64,000 nucleotides of DNA. Source: a bacterium (GTDB lineage Bacteria; Patescibacteriota; UBA1384; 2-12-FULL-50-11). The translations under genes and the position numbers were made by a program. Location of the stretch: positions 139,932-203,931 of the forward strand of contig JAJTYJ010000001.1 of assembly GCA_021463485.1 (NCBI GenBank), written 5' to 3'. Below the pieces are notes generated by a model that searched no databases, was not told where the DNA came from, and worked only from the letters and a program-made list of their open reading frames with translations. Shown here piece by piece: positions 56,203-64,000 of the stretch. How positions within the stretch are numbered: position 1 is the stretch's first letter; each line of letters starts with the position of its first letter.

Positions 56203-57687
56203 ATGCGCGCGAGGGGAAACTTGGCCTGGTTACTAGCTCTGTTTATGTTGCTCCAATTATTTCCTGTGCCTGTCCTAGGACAGGCGGGAGAAGTTCGAGA
56301 AGGGGCTTTCGGCCAGGCTTGTACCGCAGATTATTACCGCGAGGGGATCAACGTTACAAAAAGCACGTTTAGGGTGGAAGAGGCAGAAAGCGGATCAGTA
56401 CCGAACAAGATCTACCTCTTTATGACCACCAACCGCGGCAGAACTTGCCGTGATATTCTTAGACCAAAGAACGACAACATCCCTCGTAGCGAGTTTGAAA
56501 ACCCGAGTAGCCTAGGCAGTGGGACTCGGTTTACGTCATTTCAGAGTGGAATAATGCCCAAATACTTTGTGTTGCATGGTCGCCGCGCAACTGGACAAAG
56601 GATCGAAAAGAATTTTGAAGTTTCCATCATAGTTGATACCGACCCTAACTCTTCTACGTACGCGTACACAAGGGGTGTTTACCTGAGAAATGAAAGTAAT
56701 GATGTTTTACCTTGGTTGGGCTTGGGCGGCTTTCATGAGGTAATTAACGGCCCGTATATGGATTGGCCCACTTTTAAGAGTAGGTATAACGAGAACAATA
56801 TGGCTAACGATATCTCGCGCGAGCATTTCCGAACTTTCAAACCGATACTTGACGGCTTGCACTCGATGACGGGAAGGCTTGTTAAAGGGCTCACCCTCGG
56901 GGAAGAGACCACTAATAACGTTAAGCTGGAGGGTAACCTAGATATTGACTTTACTGGTTCGGAGTTAGAGGCAGCCAACGTCCGGGATGACGTTGGCCCA
57001 TTTAAGGGATTACGGGATCGGCTGCCAAACCTCGGCGATGGTGAGTTAAAAATCGCGCTTTGGTTCCGTAATCCAGATTACTTCCTTGGCTACTCATTAA
57101 AGGAAACAATAAGTATTCCTCTTCGAGCCGGCGAGAAGTCGACTGGAAAGTTTTCTCTTAATAAAAAACTTTTAACCGGCGAGTATTTCGCAACGGGCGC
57201 TGTAGACATAAAGACCGATGCAACCGTCCAAGCAGCTGGGGAGACTCTATTAGTCGAACCGATTGGTAAACCAATAGACCTATCGCAATACGAACGCCAA
57301 CTTTCAGAAGTCGAAGCTAGTCTGACCAACGATAACGTCTCTCAATACTACGTCGGGATAACAGGAGAAGGTCGTACAGCAGTGTTCTTTGGTTTAGATA
57401 AGTTCACCGTCGAGAAGGAGACAACTCAGATTACCACTAACCCAGTTATGAAATTACTAAGCGAAACCCCTTCGGACGGCTCCTTGACTGTTGGGAATGA
57501 CGAGTGCGGTATCTTCAGTATTATCGCCGCGGGTGACATCGGGGAAATTTTCTCAAAAATGATCGACTGTATGTTCAAGAGAGTCTTTAGACCTATGATC
57601 GACTGGGCAGCTGATCTTGTTCAGAAAGCGGCTGGTGTTTCTTGGGGTCCAGAGCCTGCAATCCATCGAAAGCAATTATTAGTATGA
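56203..57687 (+). CDS. Secreted hypothetical protein (494 aa), first gene of the T4SS-like cluster
   Basis: Signal peptide MRARGNLAWLLALFMLLQLFPVPVLGQ; its stop overlaps the next ATG (ATGA). Confidence 0.6.
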   Translation: MRARGNLAWLLALFMLLQLFPVPVLGQAGEVREGAFGQACTADYYREGINVTKSTFRVEEAESGSVPNKIYLFMTTNRGRTCRDILRPKNDNIPRSEFENPSSLGSGTRFTSFQSGIMPKYFVLHGRRATGQRIEKNFEVSIIVDTDPNSSTYAYTRGVYLRNESNDVLPWLGLGGFHEVINGPYMDWPTFKSRYNENNMANDISREHFRTFKPILDGLHSMTGRLVKGLTLGEETTNNVKLEGNLDIDFTGSELEAANVRDDVGPFKGLRDRLPNLGDGELKIALWFRNPDYFLGYSLKETISIPLRAGEKSTGKFSLNKKLLTGEYFATGAVDIKTDATVQAAGETLLVEPIGKPIDLSQYERQLSEVEASLTNDNVSQYYVGITGEGRTAVFFGLDKFTVEKETTQITTNPVMKLLSETPSDGSLTVGNDECGIFSIIAAGDIGEIFSKMIDCMFKRVFRPMIDWAADLVQKAAGVSWGPEPAIHRKQLLV

Positions 57688-59846
57688 AGCGAAGTGTGAC
57701 TAAGCCATACATTTTTTACCTGGTATTTTTCATTTTGCTAATCTTGCCTATCACCGTGTTCGCCCAAGATTCTGGTGGTAGCACTACTGGGCCAGCAGGG
57801 TTTGGGAGCCCGCTCGGTGCGTTAATCTCAGAAGAAACCGGCTTCGTTTACCAGGCCTGGCGAGTAACTAGAAGCGTCATCAATATATTGCTTATTATCG
57901 CCCTATTCGCGATTTCTTTTTCCAACATTACTCGTATCAATATCGATACTTACACTATTAAAAAAGCGTTACCAAACTTAATTATTGGGATAATTCTGGC
58001 TAACGCCAGTCTATATATCATCAGGTTTATGTCCGATATCACCACCGTAGTTACCTACTTTTTTGTTAACCAAGTTGGATCAACGACATTTGCCGATTTC
58101 ATTGGTGACACAGCCGAGTTAATAGGAAGAAACACCCTCGAGACAATTGGTTGGGGAGTCGGATTGCTCGCACCGCTGTTAATATTCTTGTTCGCTCTTG
58201 TTACGATTATTGGTTTATTATGGCTAGCGTTTCTGCTCTACTTCCGGCTAGTAGCAATCTACCTGCTCACAATTCTCTCTCCGCTAGCATTCGTCTCTTA
58301 CGGTATTCCTGGTTTCGACAAGTACTTTAAACAGTGGTGGCAGCAGTTTACTAAGTGGTTATTTATCCTTCCGGCAATGTCGGCCGTTTTCTGGCTAATG
58401 CTGGTTATTGGGGAGGCTGGGGAGAACGAAAGTATCGCGCGTCTCCTTATCATGTATGTTCTGTTTTTCACCGCTTTAACGTTGCCAAGCAAGATGGGTG
58501 GCGCTGTCATCGATAAAGCTTCAAAGGCGTTTATGAAATATACGGGTGCCGGCGCAGCAAAACAGGGGGCGATAGAGACGGCTGGGCGTACTGGGCAACA
58601 GCTAGCGCTCCGAGCACCGCTATACGGTCGACTTAAAAAGTCGATGGAATTTGCAAAAAAAGCGCAGGAACAAGATATAAAAAATTTACAAACATCTGCT
58701 GAAAGTAAGGCAATGCGGGGGCGCAATTACCGGAAATTCGCCCGTACAACCAAACGCGGCGAGGAGTTATCTAACTACTTGGCAGCCGAACAAGCTAAGG
58801 CGAACACAAAGGCTGGGGAGGGCAAGCTTGCCAACTTCTTAGACCGACTGCAGCGCCGAGGCGGTTCTCTACCAGAGCGCCAAATATCCTCTGCCTACAA
58901 CAAAGGTTTGGAAGAGGCTCGAGAAAAGATAGAGATGAATCGAAAAAGAGTTGCCTTTACCAAAAACGATGACAACAAGAAACTCATGGAGCAATTCGCG
59001 GCAGCAAGTTCTAAAGACAAAGCATTTGCTGACGCAGTACAGAGCGCTGAGCGTGAAGTTACTGGCATCTACACAACGGGGCGCAAGGACGTTATTAGTA
59101 AGCTTCGAGAGGCTGGCGATATCGCTGGAGAAATCGACAAGATCGAGAAGAAACCAGAGTCCGAACGAACCGATGAAGAAAAGGGCGATTTAACTTTCTG
59201 GAAATCTTACCACTCCGAGTTATTAGCAGACCTAGAGAAGCTTAAGGTCGGTCACGACGACTTGGCCGGCATGAGCGCCGAAGATATGGTACAGAAATAT
59301 CAAACCGATAAAACCTTCTCGACTCTGGTGAAGGCTGAGGAGAAACGGCAGGCCAAGGCCTTTAATGAAGGGATTAAAGCTCAGAACGAGGACACGCTCG
59401 CCGATGGGAGCGTTAAAAGTATCCTTAAGGATATCAACGAAGGCCTTAAGGATCTTAACGAGACTGAACGCGCTAATCTTAAAAAGAAGTTCTTTAACAG
59501 CGACACAATTGGAATGGATGCAAAGTTCCAAAACACGTTAATTAAAAACATCCAAGCGCTAAAAGATATCGGCAAAAATCAGCGCGACACCCGAAGCCCA
59601 GAAGCACTGCGGGAACTCGCTAGCATGATTATGAAAGATGGCGAGAAACCAATCGTTGTTAAGAGCAGAACAACTGGCGAAGAACACACGTTTGATAATT
59701 TTGATGAATTCCAGTCGAAACTATTTAGTGGTGATAAGGATAAGAAGCTAACCACACAAGATATGAAAAACGCCGTACTATCCCACGACTCAGTTTCTGG
59801 CACCCCGGCTTCACATCTAGGAAAGGTCCCAAAGAAAGATGACTGA
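57684..59846 (+). CDS. Polytopic membrane protein with a long charged C-terminal tail; VirB6/TrbL-like T4SS channel component (tentative)
   Basis: Signal/TM then ~6 TM helices over ~300 aa, then a ~400-aa K/E-rich hydrophilic tail; position upstream of VirB3-like and VirB4 genes. Confidence 0.55.
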   Translation: MKRSVTKPYIFYLVFFILLILPITVFAQDSGGSTTGPAGFGSPLGALISEETGFVYQAWRVTRSVINILLIIALFAISFSNITRINIDTYTIKKALPNLIIGIILANASLYIIRFMSDITTVVTYFFVNQVGSTTFADFIGDTAELIGRNTLETIGWGVGLLAPLLIFLFALVTIIGLLWLAFLLYFRLVAIYLLTILSPLAFVSYGIPGFDKYFKQWWQQFTKWLFILPAMSAVFWLMLVIGEAGENESIARLLIMYVLFFTALTLPSKMGGAVIDKASKAFMKYTGAGAAKQGAIETAGRTGQQLALRAPLYGRLKKSMEFAKKAQEQDIKNLQTSAESKAMRGRNYRKFARTTKRGEELSNYLAAEQAKANTKAGEGKLANFLDRLQRRGGSLPERQISSAYNKGLEEAREKIEMNRKRVAFTKNDDNKKLMEQFAAASSKDKAFADAVQSAEREVTGIYTTGRKDVISKLREAGDIAGEIDKIEKKPESERTDEEKGDLTFWKSYHSELLADLEKLKVGHDDLAGMSAEDMVQKYQTDKTFSTLVKAEEKRQAKAFNEGIKAQNEDTLADGSVKSILKDINEGLKDLNETERANLKKKFFNSDTIGMDAKFQNTLIKNIQALKDIGKNQRDTRSPEALRELASMIMKDGEKPIVVKSRTTGEEHTFDNFDEFQSKLFSGDKDKKLTTQDMKNAVLSHDSVSGTPASHLGKVPKKDD

Positions 59847-60612
59847 TCGAATTTGGAACGAAACCGAGGATCAGGTTATCCTACAAATCCAACAACTGCT
59901 TTACTACGGCGACGGAGATATTTTTACTCAGGTCCAAACGCTATTGGGTTCGGTTGGCGACGAAGTCAGACAAGAGCTGTTTGAGTCCGCGTTGTCACAA
60001 GTTAGATATGAGCAGGCAGAGCGTAGGAGGTTTATTTGCGAACAATATCTATTTAACAGCGAACAACTTAATCGAACACAACAGGAAGGATTTATTAGAA
60101 GTTTATACGGAACCGGGATTGATCAGCCGATACCAACAACAGAATCGAATATTGTAGCGCCAGGCGGCCAATTAAAACAAAGCACAATAACAAAAAATGT
60201 GTTTGAGCAGCTAGCGTTATATCAAAGGGTGGAAGATAACATCGCGAACTACTACCAGCGCAAAAATAGCCTCGAGCTTGTTGCTCCCTACTATAACTCT
60301 CTAAAGCAGGCAACAAAGGAGCAGCGCCTCGCTCTTTACGGTGGAATCGAACAATTCTTTTCTGGGTTAGCAGCCTACGGCAACAACCCGCCATTTAACC
60401 ATATCACCATACCAAATAGTTTAGTGGCGATGCTAGAATCCTTAGGTTTAGCAGGCTCCCTCGAACGATTTGAGATGTTCGGTGAACAGTTAAACTTTTT
60501 AGTTCGGCTAAAACGCATTATTGAAGCGCTTGATGCGGTAGAGAATAAACAAGTCTCCGAGGAAACCGCAATCACCGCAACTGGTCTCTACTTACAACAG
60601 TACGGTAGCTAA
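59839..60612 (+). CDS. Soluble hypothetical protein (257 aa) within the T4SS-like cluster
   Basis: Overlaps the previous gene by 8 nt; no family recognised. Confidence 0.55.
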   Translation: MTDRIWNETEDQVILQIQQLLYYGDGDIFTQVQTLLGSVGDEVRQELFESALSQVRYEQAERRRFICEQYLFNSEQLNRTQQEGFIRSLYGTGIDQPIPTTESNIVAPGGQLKQSTITKNVFEQLALYQRVEDNIANYYQRKNSLELVAPYYNSLKQATKEQRLALYGGIEQFFSGLAAYGNNPPFNHITIPNSLVAMLESLGLAGSLERFEMFGEQLNFLVRLKRIIEALDAVENKQVSEETAITATGLYLQQYGS

Positions 60613-60658
60613 CTGGCGCCTAGTATACTGATACGGTAGATTGTAACTATGGGGGGAA

Positions 60659-61075
60659 ATGCAATTTAAAGTTCCTCAGAATATAGATATGCAGGACCGA
60701 ATTATTGGTCCGCTAACCTTGAGCCAATTTTTCTACTTACTCTTTGGCGGACTAATTATCTATATTTTATTTAGCAAATTAGTTCTAAGCGGCTTCTCTT
60801 TTCTCTTTTGGATTTTAGCCATCCCGATCGGGGTATTTAGCTTCTGTATGGCGTTTATAAAGATACAAGACCGGCCGTTCCCTGTTTTCTTTATGGCGAT
60901 GGTTCGCTACATGTCTCAGCCTCGAGCTCGAGTTTGGCAACACTACACCCCGGCGCAACAATCTCGACCAGTAAAACAAACTAAAAAAGTTGAGCAACAA
61001 CCAAAGAAAGCGCTTGATCCGATTCGGGTTAACGAACTAGCTAGTGTTTTGGACGATCCGGAGACTAAACAATAA
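60659..61075 (+). CDS. PrgI / VirB3-like small membrane protein
   Basis: ~138 aa with two TM helices, directly upstream of and nearly abutting the VirB4 ATPase, as in Gram-positive T4SS loci; strong SD GGGGGGAA. Confidence 0.55.
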   Translation: MQFKVPQNIDMQDRIIGPLTLSQFFYLLFGGLIIYILFSKLVLSGFSFLFWILAIPIGVFSFCMAFIKIQDRPFPVFFMAMVRYMSQPRARVWQHYTPAQQSRPVKQTKKVEQQPKKALDPIRVNELASVLDDPETKQ

Positions 61076-61077
61076 CG

Positions 61078-63699
61078 ATGGCGAAAAAACCACAAATCGC
61101 TCCAACACAGAAGTATCTACAGATCGAACGAATTCGAGACGGTATTATCATCCTTAAAGACGGGCGCCTGCGAAAAGTAATTAAAGCCGTACCTGTTAAC
61201 TTCGATTTGAAAAGCGAGAACGAGAAAGAAGTGGCGGTTTATCAGTATCAAAGTTTTTTAAATTCGCTCAAGTTTCCTGTGGAAATTGTCGTGCAGTCAC
61301 GACGAGTCGACTTAGCGGCGTATATCGATAAAGTTGAACGCGCTAGTGCCGGCGAGATTAATGAGTTACTCCAAAGACAAGCTAAGGACTATTTAGATTT
61401 CGTCAAAACTCTAAGTGAGCAGATTAACATTATGGAGAAATCGATCTATATCGTTATTAGTCACACCGCTAAAGGCGCTGTCGAGAACGAAACGCTTATC
61501 GACAAAGTACTCAAACGAAAGAAGGTCGGCGTTACTGCGATCAGTGACGACGAATTTAAGGGTTATAAAGAAATACTCGAGGAGCGATCGCGCACAATTA
61601 GCGGTCGTCTGAACTCACTCGGCGTCACTACTAAAGAACTAGATACTAAAGAGATTATTGAACTCTTTTATAACACCTATAATCCAGAAGAATCGTATAC
61701 CCAGCACCTAAAAGACCCTGAGCAGTTTACGGCCCCAATCTTGGAGCACGGCCAAAAACTGCTCGAGGAAGCGACGAATAAAAACGCACCGCAATCCGAC
61801 GTTAAGTTACAACAAGCGCAAGCGGCACCAAACCCAGAAAAAACGGCAAACGCTCCGACTAAGGAGGAGATCGAGCTAGCTAACCCGTCGGCGATGAAAA
61901 AGACCACCGTCAGCGAGATATTCGGCAAGTTGGGCGTCAAGCATAGCGACCCAACGAGTACCGATGAGGTGTTACGTCAGGGTGTAGCTAGCGTGTTAGA
62001 CATTATCGCACCAGGCGGTATGAATATCACGCCGAACTATATCCAGCTCGGCAGCTTCTTTGTTCGAACGCTTTTTGTCTACACGTACCCACGATACTTA
62101 CAGGCAAACTGGCTTTCACCGATTATTAACTACGACGCAACGCTCGACATTAGTATGTTTATTTATCCGATCGAGACGAACGTGTTACTCGGACAGCTTC
62201 GTCGAAAAACTACGCAGCTCCAGTCGAGCTTACAGATAGAAGCTGAGAAAGGACTTGTGAGAAATCCTGAGCTTGAGACTGCCGTCGGCGATATCGAAGA
62301 GCTTCGCGACACATTACAAAAAGGTGAGACTCGGCTTTTCCAGATGAGTCTTTACTTCACTTTGTACTCCACCTCGATCGACGAACTAAATAAAATGTCT
62401 AAGCAATTCGAGGCGATCCTAGGTGGGCAACTAATTTACACCAAACAAGCGCTCCTACAGATGGAGCAGGGCTTTAATTCGACGTTACCGCTCGGCGACG
62501 ACCAATTGGATGTTGTTCGAAATCTCGACACCGCTTCACTCTCAACAACGTTTCCGTTTACCTCAGCTGAGCTGTCTCACCACGACGGCGTACTGTACGG
62601 CATTAATCTCCATAACAGCTCGTTGGTACTATTTGACCGCTTCAAAATGGAGAACGCTAATCAGGTTGTCTTCGCCAAATCCGGTGCCGGTAAATCGTAC
62701 GCCGTGAAGCTTGAAGCGATTAGATCGCTGATGCTTGGCTCTGAAGTAATCGTGATCGACCCAGAAAATGAGTACAAATCTTTAGCAGAAGCTGTCGGCG
62801 GCACCTACATTAACCTCTCGCTCAACTCGCAGCAAAAAATTAACCCATTCGATCTGCCAAAGTATCGAGAAGGAAGCGACGAGACCGGCGAGCAGCTCCT
62901 GCGTGCCACAGTAACGTCAGTTCATGGACTGGTTGCGCTAATGGCAGGAAGCCTATCCCCAGAGGAAGACAACCTACTGGATAAAGCGCTCTACGAAACG
63001 TACGCCCTTCGCGACATCACCACCGACGCCGCCACCCACTCAAATACTCCCCCCACACTGAGCGACCTTACGACAGTCCTACAAAATATGACGGGTACCG
63101 AGTCGCTCGTGAACCGGCTCGCTAAATACACCGACGGGAGCTTTGCCAGTCTCTTCAACGCCCAAACTAATATCGATATGAACAATAAAGTCACCGTCTT
63201 CTCGATTCGGGATATGGAAGAGGAGCTGCGGCCGATCGCGATGTATATGGCGTTAAATTACATCTGGAGCCGCGTTAAAAGCGATCTCAAGAAACGGATG
63301 ATGATTCTAGACGAGGGCTGGATTATGATGCGCTACGAAGATTCGGCGAAGTTTGTTAATGCGATCGCTAAACGCGCGCGTAAATACTACCTTGGTTTAA
63401 CTGTTATTAGCCAAGACGTTGAGGATTTTTTGAGCTCCAACTACGGCCGGTCGGTCGTTAACAACTCTTCGACGCAACTACTACTCGGGCAATCTACCTC
63501 CGCCATCGATAAAATTGCAGAGACCTTCAAGCTTACTGATGGCGAAAAGTTCTTTTTGACCGAAGCTGAGGTTGGGCAGGGGTTGTTCTTCGCTGGCAAT
63601 AATCGCGCTGCCATTCAAATCGTATCGTCGTACACCGAAGACCAGATTATCACCACCGATCCAAAGCAATTATTAGAGCTCTACGGAATAAGTGAGTAA
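61078..63699 (+). CDS. virB4: Type IV secretion system ATPase VirB4 (TrsE/PrgJ/CagE family)
   Basis: 873 aa; Walker A VVFAKSGAGKSYAVK, Walker B RMMILDEGW, conserved VirB4 N-terminal region. Confidence 0.9.
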   Translation: MAKKPQIAPTQKYLQIERIRDGIIILKDGRLRKVIKAVPVNFDLKSENEKEVAVYQYQSFLNSLKFPVEIVVQSRRVDLAAYIDKVERASAGEINELLQRQAKDYLDFVKTLSEQINIMEKSIYIVISHTAKGAVENETLIDKVLKRKKVGVTAISDDEFKGYKEILEERSRTISGRLNSLGVTTKELDTKEIIELFYNTYNPEESYTQHLKDPEQFTAPILEHGQKLLEEATNKNAPQSDVKLQQAQAAPNPEKTANAPTKEEIELANPSAMKKTTVSEIFGKLGVKHSDPTSTDEVLRQGVASVLDIIAPGGMNITPNYIQLGSFFVRTLFVYTYPRYLQANWLSPIINYDATLDISMFIYPIETNVLLGQLRRKTTQLQSSLQIEAEKGLVRNPELETAVGDIEELRDTLQKGETRLFQMSLYFTLYSTSIDELNKMSKQFEAILGGQLIYTKQALLQMEQGFNSTLPLGDDQLDVVRNLDTASLSTTFPFTSAELSHHDGVLYGINLHNSSLVLFDRFKMENANQVVFAKSGAGKSYAVKLEAIRSLMLGSEVIVIDPENEYKSLAEAVGGTYINLSLNSQQKINPFDLPKYREGSDETGEQLLRATVTSVHGLVALMAGSLSPEEDNLLDKALYETYALRDITTDAATHSNTPPTLSDLTTVLQNMTGTESLVNRLAKYTDGSFASLFNAQTNIDMNNKVTVFSIRDMEEELRPIAMYMALNYIWSRVKSDLKKRMMILDEGWIMMRYEDSAKFVNAIAKRARKYYLGLTVISQDVEDFLSSNYGRSVVNNSSTQLLLGQSTSAIDKIAETFKLTDGEKFFLTEAEVGQGLFFAGNNRAAIQIVSSYTEDQIITTDPKQLLELYGISE

Positions 63700-63701
63700 A
63701 A

Positions 63702-64000
63702 ATGGCCGGAGGGGATCCAAAAACACTACCACCACTAACACCAGAAGAGGAGTTCGACGATACCCCAGAGGAGCTCGTCGGACAGCTTAATGAACAAGAA
63801 GAGTCCGAGCCTGATCTTCAACAAGTCTGGGACGAGATTAGACAGCGCCGCAGCACTGAGTCGCCTACTAAAACGGACCCGATAGAAGCGACTAAGCGTC
63901 AGGAGTTGCATCAGAAGGAACTAGAGCGTTCTCAGCAAATAGCCGACAAAGTGAAAACCGGCAAGCAAGTTGCCCAGAAAACTGTTACTAAGGGCTCGGA
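63702..64000 (+). CDS. Acidic hypothetical protein, 3'-truncated by the window edge
   Basis: ATG 2 nt after the virB4 stop; open to the window end. Confidence 0.4.
   Translation, partial: MAGGDPKTLPPLTPEEEFDDTPEELVGQLNEQEESEPDLQQVWDEIRQRRSTESPTKTDPIEATKRQELHQKELERSQQIADKVKTGKQVAQKTVTKGS

Noticed and set aside
1-64000. CRISPR arrays, IS elements, integrases or transposases
   Set aside because: Scanning by eye found no regularly spaced direct repeats of CRISPR type and no transposase- or integrase-like ORFs. The only repeats found are the three short gene-terminus duplications.

Overview
Within this 64 kb window of roughly 48-50% GC bacterial DNA, the content is mostly core housekeeping genes in tight, frequently ATGA-overlapping operons. 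The gene content and several protein extensions (S15, RNase J) suggest a small-genome, Gram-positive-like or Patescibacteria/CPR-type organism; this is inference only. Genes I recognise: rmuC, lysS, pgeF, dnaG-rpoD, tag, msrB, ppsA, recA-recX, ftsK, rnj, a family-4 UDG, pnp-rpsO, nrnA, rpsT, lepB, polA (preceded by a holA-like gene), a Mur ligase, a FemAB-family gene, tsaD-valS and one tRNA-Ser(GGA). There is a VKOR/CcdA/thioredoxin thiol-disulfide trio and a run of stress genes (VOC, TspO-like, Nudix, SIMPL). The 3' ~8.5 kb holds a type IV secretion-like cluster (VirB4 ATPase, PrgI/VirB3-like, VirB6/TrbL-like, secreted proteins). Things not explained by ordinary annotation: (i) three short, diverged duplicated stubs of gene termini (lysS 3' end, tsaD 5' end, ftsK 3' end), two of which differ from the intact gene almost only at synonymous sites; (ii) several ~0.3-1.4 kb islands of ~58-62% GC, each carrying orphan genes with their own SD, promoter or terminator; (iii) two uncharacterised genes (111 aa acidic, 949 aa) apparently co-transcribed with dnaG-rpoD; (iv) an RNA-decay gene neighbourhood in which RNase J carries a ~135-aa Arg/Pro-rich N-terminal extension and starts at TTG. 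I found no CRISPR array, transposase or integrase. Several ORF-track starts are TTG/GTG 5' extensions; I moved those to a downstream ATG where an SD or the neighbouring gene supports it.
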